This document shows positions 26,845-40,145 of a stretch of DNA of 64,000 nt, one piece after another; position 1 is the stretch's first letter, and every line of letters starts with the position of its first letter. The notes beneath the pieces are model-generated. The model was not told the DNA's origin and made no database searches. It saw only the letters and a program-made list of their open reading frames with translations. Source of the stretch: Ptychomitrium polyphyllum (lineage: Eukaryota); contig OZ316776.1 in the NCBI GenBank assembly GCA_973851085.1, positions 1,178,001 through 1,242,000 of the forward strand, written 5' to 3'. The translations under genes were made by a program, and so were the position numbers.

Positions 26845-28069
26845 TTAGGTGTCGGTGAGGTCATACGGAAGTACATGCTGCCCCTTCTCCATCTCTATCT
26901 TCGCAGATGACTCCACAGCATCGAGAGGCAATGGAGTGAAGGCCCCACCATCAGGTCCATAGAAGTGTGGAAAAAGGCCCACACCTTCCACTTCATCATA
27001 GCGCAATCCATCACCAAGCTGCAGGGGAAAAACACAGGAATACATAACCGCAACTGCTTAGCCTTAATGACAATCAAGCATTTCCGTTTCATCGACCATA
27101 GGATCAAAGTGCAACTTCCTTATTACAATTCAAAACAAGCATTTCAAGCTTTCAACGTTTTTGCAAACAGTTGAGGTCATGCTTGCACCCCTGTCTGAGC
27201 ATAGGACCTTCAAAGTTGAATGCAAGCAGCGCTTCACCAATTCACAGTCCACTAGACATGGCTTCTATCAAGTGTAAAGGACGTGGACAACAACCTTAGA
27301 AGTGTTGACATTGAGCAAGTACAGATCACTTCGTCCAGCATAGAACAGTGCAAGCGTTCCCGTCACCTGAACGTGATGAATTCAAACCCTTCAGTCACAG
27401 AGATGCATTGAAACTTTTAAGTATGTATGCTGAGAAAATTGATGAAACTCACGGAAATCCAGCAGCCTGAGATACCGGGAGGTCCTATCAATAATGTGCG
27501 ATCCACCTTTGCGTGCCCACTCGATATTATGCGATTAGCCATCTCACTAGTTTCAGTGTGCTAATCAGCCTTTCAGTACACCTAAACTCAAGGACGGGGC
27601 TGAATGGTAGTGCCTTGCAAATTTGGCACGAGATTTTCAAAGGCATTCTACAAATAGGAAATATCCAATCGCATCGTGTGTTGCCATTCAAATACATCCT
27701 TCAAATCAGATAAAACTTCGACCGAAGTGTCTCACGTACATATCTTCCAGCACGACATTTTGGTCAAACTATCGCAATGAAGAGAGTAAATGCTGACGAG
27801 AGCAATCTATGTTACAGCTTCTTTTACGATGTGGGAGATTCCTGTACCGTCAGAGAATCCCGTGCCGTAATCCAGACGAATCACCAACAAGAAAATTGCG
27901 AGGTAACACACGGTAAGCAAATTACCTGAGCACTGGTACTGAGATGGATGTAGCCGGAGGTAGCGTCCAGCTGCCCACCTTGCAACACCCCGGCAGCTTG
28001 AGCTGCGGCCCACTCGTCCTCGGGGCTAATGCGGTAAATGAAAGCGTGAGGAGCGCCGAACTCCGTCAT
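26845..28069 (-). CDS. DUF952 family protein, 3 coding exons (28069-~27927, ~27366-27295, ~27018-26845)
   Basis: Spliced translation FIYRISPEDEWAAAQAAG...LDATSGYIHLSTSAQ / VTGTLALFYAGRSDLYLLNVNTSK / LGDGLRYDEV...LFPHFYGPDG matches the DUF952 pattern (IHLS, FPH.YG). Introns are canonical GT-AG. Confidence 0.85.
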
Positions 28070-30682
28070 AGCTGAAGCAATTCTGCACAGAAACAGCCCT
28101 GGTTTAGGTCACTTGAGGCATTGTACAGAGGAGACGAGTGTTTCAAAACTTCGGTTGACAGTAGAACTACATTTGGTGTCTAGACAATAAGACGAAGGAA
28201 AGATAACTTCAGCTTTTGTATAGTACTCCACGAAATTGAACGAAGTGACCCATCGACTGCATTGTGTAGCTAGCAGCGTGGCTGGAAATCAGTCAGCTTC
28301 GTAAACCCTACGCAAAAGCGCACGAAGTTGCTAAATCCGTCGATTGTCTCAATACTCGATCTCCACCAAAGAAGAATCCAAATTCTTCCCAAAGCTGCTG
28401 GTTCAACTAGTCGGTGATAACATCGAGCTCCTTGAAAACGCGAAGCAATCTCACACACGACGGCTCAATAACACCAGCTCTCACAAGCTAAAAGAGAAAC
28501 CCTAAGATGCATAAGATGAAGATGCTTCACTACAGTACCTTGAAACTCCTACAACCGTATCTACCACAAAAGCCTCAAAACCTCGTTGTTCAGATCCAAG
28601 TAGGCATTCCTTCCTCGAAGTTGCTCCAATCGTCAACCATGAACCGACACCGGCATAATATGATAGTGACATCTCACTGCGCATTCAGGTTAAAACTTTG
28701 TTCCTGGAAAGCTCCCTTCTGAAAAGCTCCCTTCTGACAAGTCACAGCAGTCCCACTCATCACCTATGGCAGTTTGTGACGATTAACTTTATTATACAAA
28801 CTGCGGTACTCCCCCGTCCTGTTCTTCATTGCACCAACAGAACAACGTCGATGAGATTCCTACCAGCATACGGTGTCATTATACTCAGATCTCTCCGTAT
28901 CAAGCACACAATCTTTCCGTCACGTAATTACATTAAAAATTCCGTGGATGGAATATAAAGTACAATAACAAGATACTCGTCAAACCTTATTTGCAGTTGG
29001 TCACAATGAAGGCCAGTCTACGCTCTGAGGCACCATGGCAAGGGAGGCATACCTTAAAGCGCCACTTATACCCAAAACTAACAGTATGTAGCGAAATAGA
29101 GATTTAGTCTTTGCTGGCGTAGATGTTGTCGGCTTTGCATTAGAGCGTCGCCATTCGAGTAAGCTCCCTTCAGGGAGACTACTCTCATCCTTCCTATAAT
29201 CACGGGAAAGCGAACAGACCGGACGCACATGTGTCCTGTGATCCTGATTCCTATCCAACGTAACGCTGGCCCACGCCGAGGAATCCCAGAATGAATATTA
29301 GAATTTCATATAACGACATATGCTCTCTATACTTAACGTAGGAGGAATGATCATTAATTGTACTGAAGACTGTACACACCCATTTCCATTCCCATTTCTA
29401 TCCCCTATTCTCAGTTTCTCATTCCAAATTCCATTCCGCCAAAGTAATCAAATGTATTTTGAACAACGTCGTGCATTACAAACTTACTACAGAACGGGCA
29501 TCACTTACTAAATGGTGGTAACTTGGGAGAAGGGACAAGCAAGCGTTGGACCGAGCCAAGGGAAACTAATTGGGACCAACTTAGAGGGAAATGGCCACTA
29601 GGGCTCGTAAGCATTTTAAATGGGGTGCATGCGTGACGAAAGCTGAGTTTGATGCTGTGCTTGCTGCTGCGAGGGAGGGGGCCTTGCGCGCTCACATTAT
29701 TTTCATAGTCCAGCGCGCTGCGCTTGCGCCTCTTTCCCCTTTCCGCGAGGCCAGGCCAGGTTGCTGCGAGGCCGCTTCTCTTCCCCCTCTCTTCTCCACT
29801 TCTTTCCATTGCCAGGGTTGGCGCCCCTGCGCGCTCCACGAGCTCTTGGGAACGGTGGCGCCCGGAAGTTTGGTGTGTAGACAACTAGAGTAGAGGTTGG
29901 TAGGAGAGGGTGGGGGCCGGGGGGGTGAGAGCGGGGCCGCGGAAGGGGTGGCGGAAGGGGTGGGGGATGGGGGTGGGGGGGGGAGGGGTGTGTCGGAGCG
30001 GGCGGGCGTGCCGGGGCTAGAGCGCGTTGAATTTTGAGCGGCGTGCGTGGGGAGGAGGGCGTGGCGGTGGCGGTGGCCAGGGAAGCGACTGTGGTTCAGG
30101 TGTGTGAGGTGAGTGTGGAGGTCGATAGTGTTTTTTTTTGAACGAGGATTTTGGATTGGTTTTTGGAAGGACGGGGGACAGATTTAGCGTGGAGGAAGTG
30201 CTTGATGAGGTTGATGCGGTGGAAGTGTTGGTAGAGGCTTGCGTTTCTTGCGGGAACGAGAGGAAAGCTTTGTTTAGGTTAGCTCTGAGATTAAGGCTGC
30301 GTCCTTCGGTTGAGGCGAAATGGAAGCTTGCTTGGTGTGTTTGGACAACAAAGTTTGGATTTCGCGATATCATTGTTAAGGATTTTGAAGTGTCGCTGGA
30401 GTTGTGGACGTGGTTCGAGGGCATGACTGCTCGGTGGAAACAACACTTGTCTTGGACAGCTTGGTAATAGCTCCTCGGAGCCTTAGGGTGAAATATAGGA
30501 TGGCGTCTTTGTGAAATGAACTGGAGCAACGACGCCGACTATATTCACATGCAGGTTATAGTTATAGTGATTGAAAGCAACTAGCAAAAGCAGTGCTTGT
30601 TGCTTAGGCGACATTGCAGAGTGCTCTGGTTTTAGGTCAGGCAATCTAACTTAGGACAATCTCGAAGGTAAGCCAATACGAG

Positions 30683-33001
30683 ATGGTTTTCAAGTTGAAG
30701 CACGTGATGCAGCGCGGGAAGAAGGGTAAGGGCGATGGCAATGAGAAACCGGAGGTGTCCGCCTTGGTCCCCGCTGCGTCCTCGTCGGGTGCCCCCGGGG
30801 CCGCAGGTCAGACAGCGGCGGGCAAAGTTGGCAACAATGGTGCAGGAGCGCGAGGGCCAGCAGCTGCGGGGGTGCCTGCATCGAAGGTAGTGGGAGTGCC
30901 GGGAGGCACAGCTGTGCAAGGGGCGGTGGGACGATTCGGAGCGGCGGGGAAGATGCCGAACGGGAGCTTCGATTCTCTACCGTCGTTCAGGGACGTGCCG
31001 ACGTCCGACAGGCAGAGCCTTTTTGTGCGGAAGCTGGCGCTGTGCTGCTACACGTTTGACTTCACGGATCCTTCAAAGAATGTGAAGGAGAAGGAAATCA
31101 AGCGGCAGACCCTACTGGAGCTGGTGGACTATGTGACGTCGGGGTCGGGGAAGTTCACGGAGGCGGTGTTTGAGGACATCACGAAGATGCTGGTGGCGAA
31201 CCTGTTCCGGACGCTGCCGCCGTCGTTACATGAGAACACGGGGTCGGACAATTTCGACCCTGAGGAGGAGGAACCGATAATGGAGCCGGCGTGGCCGCAC
31301 CTGCAGATCGTGTACGAGTTCCTATTGCGGTACGTGGTGTCGTCGGAGACAGACGCGAAGCTGGCGAAGCGGTACATTGATCACGGGTTTGTGCTGCGGT
31401 TATTGGACCTGTTCGACAGCGAGGACCCGCGGGAGCGGGAGTATCTGAAGACGATCCTGCACCGGATATACGGGAAGTTCATGGTGCACCGGCCGTTCAT
31501 CCGGAAGGCGATCAACAATATCTTCTACCGGTTCATATTTGAGACAGAGAAGCACAACGGGGTGGCGGAGCTTCTGGAGATTCTGGGGTCGATCATCAAT
31601 GGGTTTGCACTGCCACTGAAGGAGGAGCACAAGATGTTTCTAGTGCGGGCACTGATTCCACTGCACAAGCCGAAGTGCGTGTCAATGTACCACCAGCAGC
31701 TGTCCTACTGTATAATCCAATTCGTGGAGAAGGACTTCAAGCTGGCGGACGTGGTGATCCGGGGGCTGCTGCGGTACTGGCCGGTGACAAACAGCCAGAA
31801 GGAGGTGCTGTTTCTGGGAGAGCTTGAGGAGGTGCTGGAGGCAACGCAGAGCGCGGAGTTCCAGCGGTGCATGGTGCTGCTGTTTCGGCAGATTGGCCGT
31901 TCTCTGAACAGTTCGCATTTCCAGGTACGTGCTGTGTGGTGCGGTGGTGTGGTTGGGTGATGGTGAATGTGAAGTGGAGGGAGTGAGAGTGACGTTGGGG
32001 AATTGGGTACTGTTCATGTAGCCTTTGGAAATTGAGTCGGAATTTCTGTCTTTGGATTTTTGAGCGGATCAGTTTGATTTGAACGTGGTGGATCTATGCG
32101 TTTGATATGCATCAAGGATGGTTTTGCAGAAGTCAGTGAATGGATCGCGTTCTGTTTTGTCTGCTCTGTAGCTGAAATGCGTTTGAGAGATTGCCTTGGC
32201 AGCTGGCGTAGGAGTCGTTGGGTCTGTTTCATATTGTAATTGGATGGATCACAGAATGAAGCCACTAGCGGATTGTTTTCAATCATTTTGTAGTTGTCGA
32301 GCCGTACTTTTTAGTGTCCGCCAAGATATAATCAAGACTTGTTAGGATTATGATGGTTACGGTCTGTTGGAGGTTTGCTCTCTGTTAAGGGTGAGCAATA
32401 ACCCTCCAGCAATTTTGCTATAGATGATAGTGGACGGTAGGCTAGAATCCAGGAATATGTTCCGCGGGATAACGGAGTAGGTGGTCGTTGTTCACGCTCC
32501 GAAACTTGTGTGGTCTCGATGTCGCTGTGAGGTGGACACCCTCTGACGGGACACTTTGTTTGATGATGTGAGCCGCAGGTTGCAGAGCGGGCGCTTTTCC
32601 TGTGGAATAACGATCACATTGTGAGTCTGGTGGCCCAGAATCGGCAGGTGGTGTTACCTATCATTTTCCCTGCGTTAGAGAGGAATATACGAAGCCACTG
32701 GAATCAGGCTGTACATGGGCTGACGCTGAACGTACGCAAAATGTTCCTGGAGATGGACCAGGAGGTATTTCAAGAATGCCAACGCGAGTATCAGGAAGAT
32801 GAATCTAAGGCGAAAGGGATTGAAGAGACGCGGGAACTGACATGGGAACGACTCGAGACTGCTGGGAATGAACGTAGTCATTCGACCATGAGCAACAGTC
32901 TACCATCGTCTGATGGTGTGACGAGGACAACCACGGTCCCGAACAAAATAGCAGGGAGCGGGGCGCTGGCAGCAGGCCAGAGTGCAGTCTTGGAGAAGTA
33001 G
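30683..33001 (+). CDS. Protein phosphatase 2A regulatory subunit B' (B56), 2 coding exons (30683-31924, 32579-33001)
   Basis: B56 motifs [67 protein letters not shown] and [13 protein letters not shown]. The junction [17 protein letters not shown] is split by a GT-AG intron (31925-32578). Confidence 0.96.
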
Positions 33002-36000
33002 TCTGTACAGTGCCTGTTCTCTCTAGCGTGACATGTATGACTGTCAAGAGCGAGACTTAGGTTGAGATTGCTCTGGAGCTATGCGTTTCCTCTGTTGTGC
33101 TCCTTTTGAAATGGGCAGTCCCCTTCTTCCGATTTATCTGGATGAGGATGTTCCCTTGGTCCCAGTTGCAAATGATTACAAGTGCCGGGGTTGCGGCGGA
33201 TCACGAATCATGCCCACGCATTGGCAATGTCGGATGTGAGACTGGGCGAGGGTCGGGAAGGTAGGATTGGAATTTATTGAGACTGAGCGGGTCAAAGCAG
33301 GAGCAGCGGACGTCTTTGTTAGGAGACCTGCAGATTCCGTATGTGGTAATATCCAAGTTGTACCTTCCCTTCCAACATTTTTGTTGTTTTTCTGCTCCTG
33401 TCCTGTCTAGGGGTGAATGGCAGGGTTGAAATCAGTTAAGATTGTAAGATCAGTAGGTGTTTGTCTTGAGCAGGGCATCTGCTTTTATTGTTTGGTGTAA
33501 AGAGACAGCTTAGGATGAGACCCGTGGGAAGCTCTATGTCGATGTGCATTTTGGTGTGTGTAGGATCGAGAGATGGTTTTTCTGTGAATCAGTAGTTGTG
33601 GAGATTTGACAAGTTGTGGAGATGTCTCGTTTCTGAAATAGAAAGGGATATATTGGGCAGGGATTTCTACGTAGCTACGGTAGAGTCCAGAAGCTAGTAT
33701 TCCATTGCAGGAAGATTAATGACAGCTGGCGAGGAAGAAAATTGCAGCTGTAGAGAGGTGCATCAGAGATTAGAGCTTTACTATACATTTACTTTTTTAT
33801 TGATCAATTTTACTCCTGTCTCTGTGAGAGCGGTTGTATCATCTATTGATGCGCAACCCTCCTGTGTGGACATGGAACTCCTTTATTAGGATCTCTACTG
33901 TATACTCTTGGACAGCTCAACCCCATGGTCAAATATCCTGTTCGATCCTCTCTTTTCATGAGTGTGACGCATGTTTCGTCTGGTGTCAAGAGGCCTTTTT
34001 CTGGTAATTGTCATTGGGAGCATTTTCGATTAGGTTTGTTCCCTTCCCTATTAATAGCTGGAGTATCTGTGAAGTGATGCGCTGTGTGAGTAAACGATTT
34101 CCTTGGTCTGTATGTTTGCCCTGAAGGAGGGGCAGGACCTTGATCTTAGAGGGCTTTGTGTTGCCAGACTCTGGCCCGGCTCACTTGCATTGACTGAAAC
34201 TGCTAAGGTGCTTAATTGTGGAATTGAAGCTAGTTGCATTTGTCAGTGCTTGCGTAGCATGTTCTGCAAACACTTTCGCCAAGGAGTGGTTGAAATTCTC
34301 TTGCTTCTGCTTCTAAGGTTATTTGTTCAAATGAGTAGATTTGCGTGTGGGGAACCTGTCCTATTTGCATTGCCCTTGAGGTTCTTGAATCAATATTCAA
34401 AGCGGAATAGGAGGTATACCTTTATCGCTGCTTACACTGCTTGTAATGTACGAGACAGTTCATTTCTCATCACCAATACACTGCAGAGAATGTACAATTC
34501 TCTGCATTCGAAATACCAAGTTTTTTGCAGCTGATTATCGTGAGTGATTCTAATATCTCAGCTGGATGACTTGCTGGCATTACGCCAAGTTGTTAAATAC
34601 TCGAAGCATGGCTTGCAAAAAGCGCGTACTTGAACTCTCTGGTAGAGTTCTGAAAAACCTCCTAAAGAAAAGAACTAGGTCTTCTTACTCAGGTGATTCT
34701 TAATGATGCAATCTTTCAGAGAGGATTTGGAAAATGTGAGATAAACAATGTATAGTACTATGTCACCCAGTGTATGTCCTAGCTAAACGAGAACGGCATC
34801 AGAAAATCTGTCTACAGAATACCACCCCATCGCAGTGGGTCACAAAGACAACTTGAGCGAATATTGGTGAACCCGATATCAGCACCCAATTCTGATTACC
34901 GGTGGTTATGCCAATCATCTGAAGATGAGTCTAAATAAGTCTAAATAAGGTAATGCTGATTCCCATCAAGTTCTTATCATTGTTATTACTTGTGTCAGGA
35001 AATGTAAACAAAATGTTGGCCACTGGCCCCTCTGGTGCTTCAGAACACCTTCTTCTACATGAAATTACTTCAGACGCTTGGGTTCAATAGGTTTAATATT
35101 CCAACTTTGACAATTCCGAGTCACTAGTTGATGACTTTATCCCCTCAAAATCTTCTGCTGGGCTATAGCAGGTGGCGCTCTGCAGCATCACGAAGAGTCG
35201 ACACTCCTGTCAAGTACTGAAACTGAGCACAACATGTCCTAATCTTGAACTACTGTACTTAAACAGAATTATCCCGCTGTGTTGTAACTTAGACCTTGTT
35301 GGTACCAGTTTACGTAGGTTGAAATCAATCTTTTTGGAGGCCAATCTATGGTTGTTGAGATCACCTTGAAGCCAGAATTTTATTAACAGTGTGGCATTGG
35401 CAACTCAACCTTAGCAATTAAATTCTTGGATCTCCAAAATTTTAGTATCATTTTGGTTGGTTTAAGCCATCTTATACATCATATCATTAGAAGATTTACT
35501 AAATAAAGAACTTGGGTTACATGATGGCCTAAATTCCACATTTAAAGTGGTAGAAGTTGGTCTAAAACCTCTCTACCAATGAAAAAAAGAAATTCAACCA
35601 TTTCTTTGCCTTCACTAGACCTTTGATAATTATCTTGTCAGTTTTTTAAAACTGCTATTATAAAAATATTATATAAAAATATTATATCATTATTTTAGCC
35701 ACTCTAAATTGGGTAGTAATTTATTACGAAAGATCATACTATACCTGTACTTTTAGAAGTATTGTGAGAATTCTCTATTACTGTAACTTACACTTTGTTC
35801 CTATTCCAAATTACTATGAGACTACCACAATTACTGTGACTATAAGTCGCTGACTCTTACAGATGGCAATAACGAGTGTTGCGACTCATGGCTCGTGCTG
35901 CTGTCACACGACGATACGACGTGGGTTTGCGTCCAGTTACGAATCGTGTCTCTAAACCAAACTCTTAAGGGTAGAGAACAATCGCTTTAAAACTTGCAAG

Positions 36001-36844
36001 CTGGTTGGTTGCATTTTCGTGTACGTGAGCAACGACTCAACTCTTTATCAATTGACTGCAGGTAAAGATCACCACCCTCAGACGTCTTCTCTTCTGTACT
36101 GCGGAAGGAAAGAGCGAGGGTGGGAGGGACGCAGAGCAGACTGAGTTGATGCAAGAGACTCTACCATATCAGTAGAGTTCAGGTTGGAAGCTTATCCTGC
36201 CCTTTGTTTCCAAGGTGAGGTAGTGACATGGAGGAATCTCCATGGCTTGCTCAGTTGAACAGATAGGGCTGGTATATAATTCGGATGTGACCTATTTGGT
36301 GTTTGGCAGCCAACAGTTGCTGTGTGCACTCACTGATTCTAACAATTACATGAGAGTTGAGAGCATATCCAACCTGTCAATGAACTTGGTGGTTTTGCTC
36401 AGATAAACTGTAAGAAGACCTGTAGAAAAGGGATCGAACTTGCCTGTGGGCTCACCTGCCAAATAGCAAATGAAAAAAAAAACCAAACAAATTACCAATT
36501 TTTAGTAAAACTACAATATATAGATTTGCGTTTATAAAAGCTTCAAGAATTCTAGCTGATACATGGCAGGTAGCTGTAAAATTTCTTATTATCCATTGAC
36601 TTGGACCGGGGTATAATTTATTGTATTAATTCTGTAACGTGTTTGGTCACAACTCACCATAAAGTGTCATGCAGTCATCAGCCATTTCCACCCAATTGGT
36701 TCGTGCATGATAAGGCATTGTTGCAAGCAAGCACTCCTTCCATAAATAAAACACTGATTTATTTTATTTAATTAAGTTCCACGCTGAGTGTAACAGACTA
36801 ATTGTGATGGACCAGTATATCCTCAAAACACTCGAGTCTTTAAA

Positions 36845-38730
36845 TCAAGATTTGTGAAACTCTGTAACAGCAAGGGTGTCTACTTTGCAGATGACCTTCA
36901 CTTGCTTGAATCCTGCGGCTAAGCCCAGCTTGCGCAAGTCGCTTTCTGTTCGTTCACGCCCCCCAGTATCACATACTACCATCATGTGGACGTCAATTTG
37001 TAAGGCTAAGTAATCACCTCCTTCAAAGTCGATGATTTCAGGTAACATGTTGTCCACTGCAATCACTTTCCCACTTGCCGGGAGAGCTTGATAACAGTTC
37101 TTAAGGATCTTGAGGCACGTCTCATCTCCCCAGTCGTGCAATATGAACTGGTGACACAGTGTGAAGCACATAGAACTATAAGTCGTGTGCGTGAGACACA
37201 ATTAGTTCCCAACACCAAGACATTCGGCTACATTTTGTTACATTCGGTTACATTCGGCTACATTTTGTTACCACATGAATAAATTCCATGAATTTCTTGT
37301 TTAAGACTTTCAATTCAAGGTCAGTTGAGAGTCCTCCCAAGCGGTACCCATCTCTGATTCCTGTGAACATTTATGTACAGTTTATTCCTGACTCTCATGA
37401 AACTTGCCGAAATTGAGTGCACTGACAAGACCGGCAAGTGGAAGACATATTACCTTCATGAAGATGGCGTCACCTCCTGAGGGAATAGACTCAAACATGT
37501 TCCCACCCACATGCTTCACTCCTGCACAAGTACCAGTATCGCATTCATATTCACCAATTGGATCACACAATTTAAGCACTAACGTTCTTTCAGTTATCGT
37601 CACAAGATTTTTGAGGAGTTGGAAGACACCTTTAAGGCTTGGACCATGTGAGGGTGAAAAGAATTTACAATCAAGATCGATGTTTAAAATTCATGCATGG
37701 ATTCCATCTTCAATTCAGTTTGATTTGACACAGTATGATTCCTCTGGAGAGATACTATTAGAGGGTGATTGTAGGTGTCCTCCAAAGAAAATATTGTGAG
37801 TTTCAGCAATTACTAGGGAGATGACGAGGATGAAATGAAGCAAGAATGACACCGTTCTACAATTTTCATGTAGAAAGGCGTCATTAAAATGGGGCGCCAT
37901 TTCACCCCCGTCATTCTCCTAGTGAATGGTGTACATTGCATGAATTACGCAGACTATATTTCATAGTCCTCACTCGCCAGCAACTTCATACCTGGCATTG
38001 AAGGGGCTGAAGCAACTACATGAGGCTCGTCATAGTTGATTCCCTTGATGTGTGGATATCGAGCAGTGATAAGACCAAGCGAAGCACCAACACCACCTCC
38101 AACATCCACCAACACGTGCACCTCATCAAACCCACGGTACGCTTCTAGCAAGGCGGGCATAAAAATCTTGGTCATCCCGGCCATGGCCTTATTGAACACC
38201 TCAGAAGTCTCCGGGTTCACCTTCCCATACTCAAAAGTTCCGTCCAAACCATGGGCCCTGGTAAACGGCTGGATCGAATCGTCAAGGATCGATTCGTGTA
38301 GGTGGTCCAGCCCCTTTAGAAAAGCCCCTAAACCCAGTACGTGCACAAAAGAGCCATTCTTCGCGTCATCTACCAGGAAACGCCCAATAGGCTCTAGGGC
38401 GTAGCGACGCTCTGTCACTGCACCGTCCTGGCCAATTGTCACGACCTCACGCAGCACTTTCTTCGCGCACATCATTCGCAGGAGTCTCTGGAGGTAGGTG
38501 ATGTTGACCGTGGATATCCCCGGCAAGGCACGAGCTGCAAGCTCGGCTGCAGTCAGCTGTAAGTCGTCACCTGCTTGAGCCAGTGCCCCAAAGATGTTAA
38601 GGCGAGCCAGAGCGGCCACGGCGCCAGGAATGAAGGCCATGTGCACCAGCTCATAGGCAGCCATTCTGGAGCTGTCGATGCTCCCTGGCAGTTTGGCGTG
38701 GACACCATCATAGCTGCAAGGTCCGTTCAT
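36845..38730 (-). CDS. SAM-dependent class II O-methyltransferase (COMT-like), 3 exons (38730-~37992, ~37522-37454, ~37148-36845)
   Basis: N-terminal dimerisation-type region, SAM motif LVDVGGGVG, GINYDEPHV, GVKHVGGNMFESIP, catalytic ILHDWGD and GRERTE. First ATG at 38730 (the track ORF starts at a TTG); TATA-like TATAAG about 85 bp upstream. Confidence 0.93.
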
Positions 38731-40145
38731 CGCATCGACAAGAATGCGAGTAGTTTTTTGGTGATGTAAGGTTCTTCTCAAACATATCTAAAAGCTTGGG
38801 GCAACCCACTACTTATACTGTTGTTACTTTGCTTTACTGCAGCATAAATTCAGGAAGGTAGGAATCCTTGAAAGCTCTTTACAACTATTATGTCTGAGGT
38901 CGCCTTACGTCATAAATTGCTTTACTTCCAAGACTTGCGGCCGCCATCAACATCACGTCTTACAAGTCTCAAGAATTAGCACCAATAATGTAAATTTGCT
39001 ATTTCTAGATGACATTCCTGAAGGTCTTCTGAGGCGGCTCTGACGAGATCGAAGTTGCATGGTGAATGCCTGAGATATATGGGTCACTTGTACTTCCAGG
39101 TTAGTGACAATCAGAATGCAGACGTGCAACTTTTACAGGTCTGATTTTTAATATCTGTTTCTTGGGAGGCAAGTGAGAAGATTCCTGTGCACACTTTTGT
39201 CTCTCATGTATCTCATGGGTCATTTTGTAGGTCCCTACGCTTGTTGTACCTGACTCACATAAAGGTCTCAACTAGTGTCATGGTGGGCATCATGTGTGCA
39301 TCAATATATACATGAAAAGTAGCAGTTCGAGAATTTGACACTTGCAGGTTTCAGCCAAGGCATGACGCAAAATCACATTTCCTACCAGTGAGATTTTGGA
39401 GGATTAATTTGCAATTTAGAAGATAAAAGGAGATTTGTTTTATACAACTTTTATCTAACTAAAGAGCTTTAGTTTAATAAATTGGAAGCTATTGGTTAAA
39501 ATTGGACGATGGAATATATGTACAAATATACAAAGATATAGACAAATAATATAGCAATCCAAGGAGGATGGTGTTAATCTAAATGAGTTGGTGAACTAAA
39601 AGACAAGTAATAAAGACAATTAATACACATACTATTAGACTTGGAAGTTGGTTATACATATTAAAAGACATAAGAAATAAAAAGTAGATACAAAGTAATT
39701 CCGAAGGAATTGGATTATAAAAATTTCATGATTAATAAGAATTGAGATAAAAACTAGAATAAGAGCAGAATACAATATGATCCACAACTTGTATTAGCAA
39801 GACTAAGGTATGTCTTATCTTTGCCTCCTATTTATACTATGATGCTAGTATTTTTTAGGATACTTCCAAAGAAGCTTCCTATGAAGCTTAAGAATGTTTA
39901 AGAAGTCTATGGAACCTTTTTATGAGGTTTTCCAAGGAGGTAAAACCTTCTTAGGAACTTTCTTAAGAATTAGAATGGCTATGGAAGTATTGAAAGTATT
40001 GATTCTAAGAGGCTACTATAATATATTAGAAGATTCTAGAAGATATTAAAGCCTATATTACATGATCTATATCCATGACATTATATCTCATCTTTTTAAA
40101 GGCAAAGTCCATAATTAGCTTTTATTGTGGCTTGCTTGTCACATC

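Noticed and set aside
29001..30529. 85-170 aa ORFs between DUF952 and PP2A B'
   Set aside because: No known motifs, several non-ATG starts, and best explained as promoter or 5'-leader sequence.
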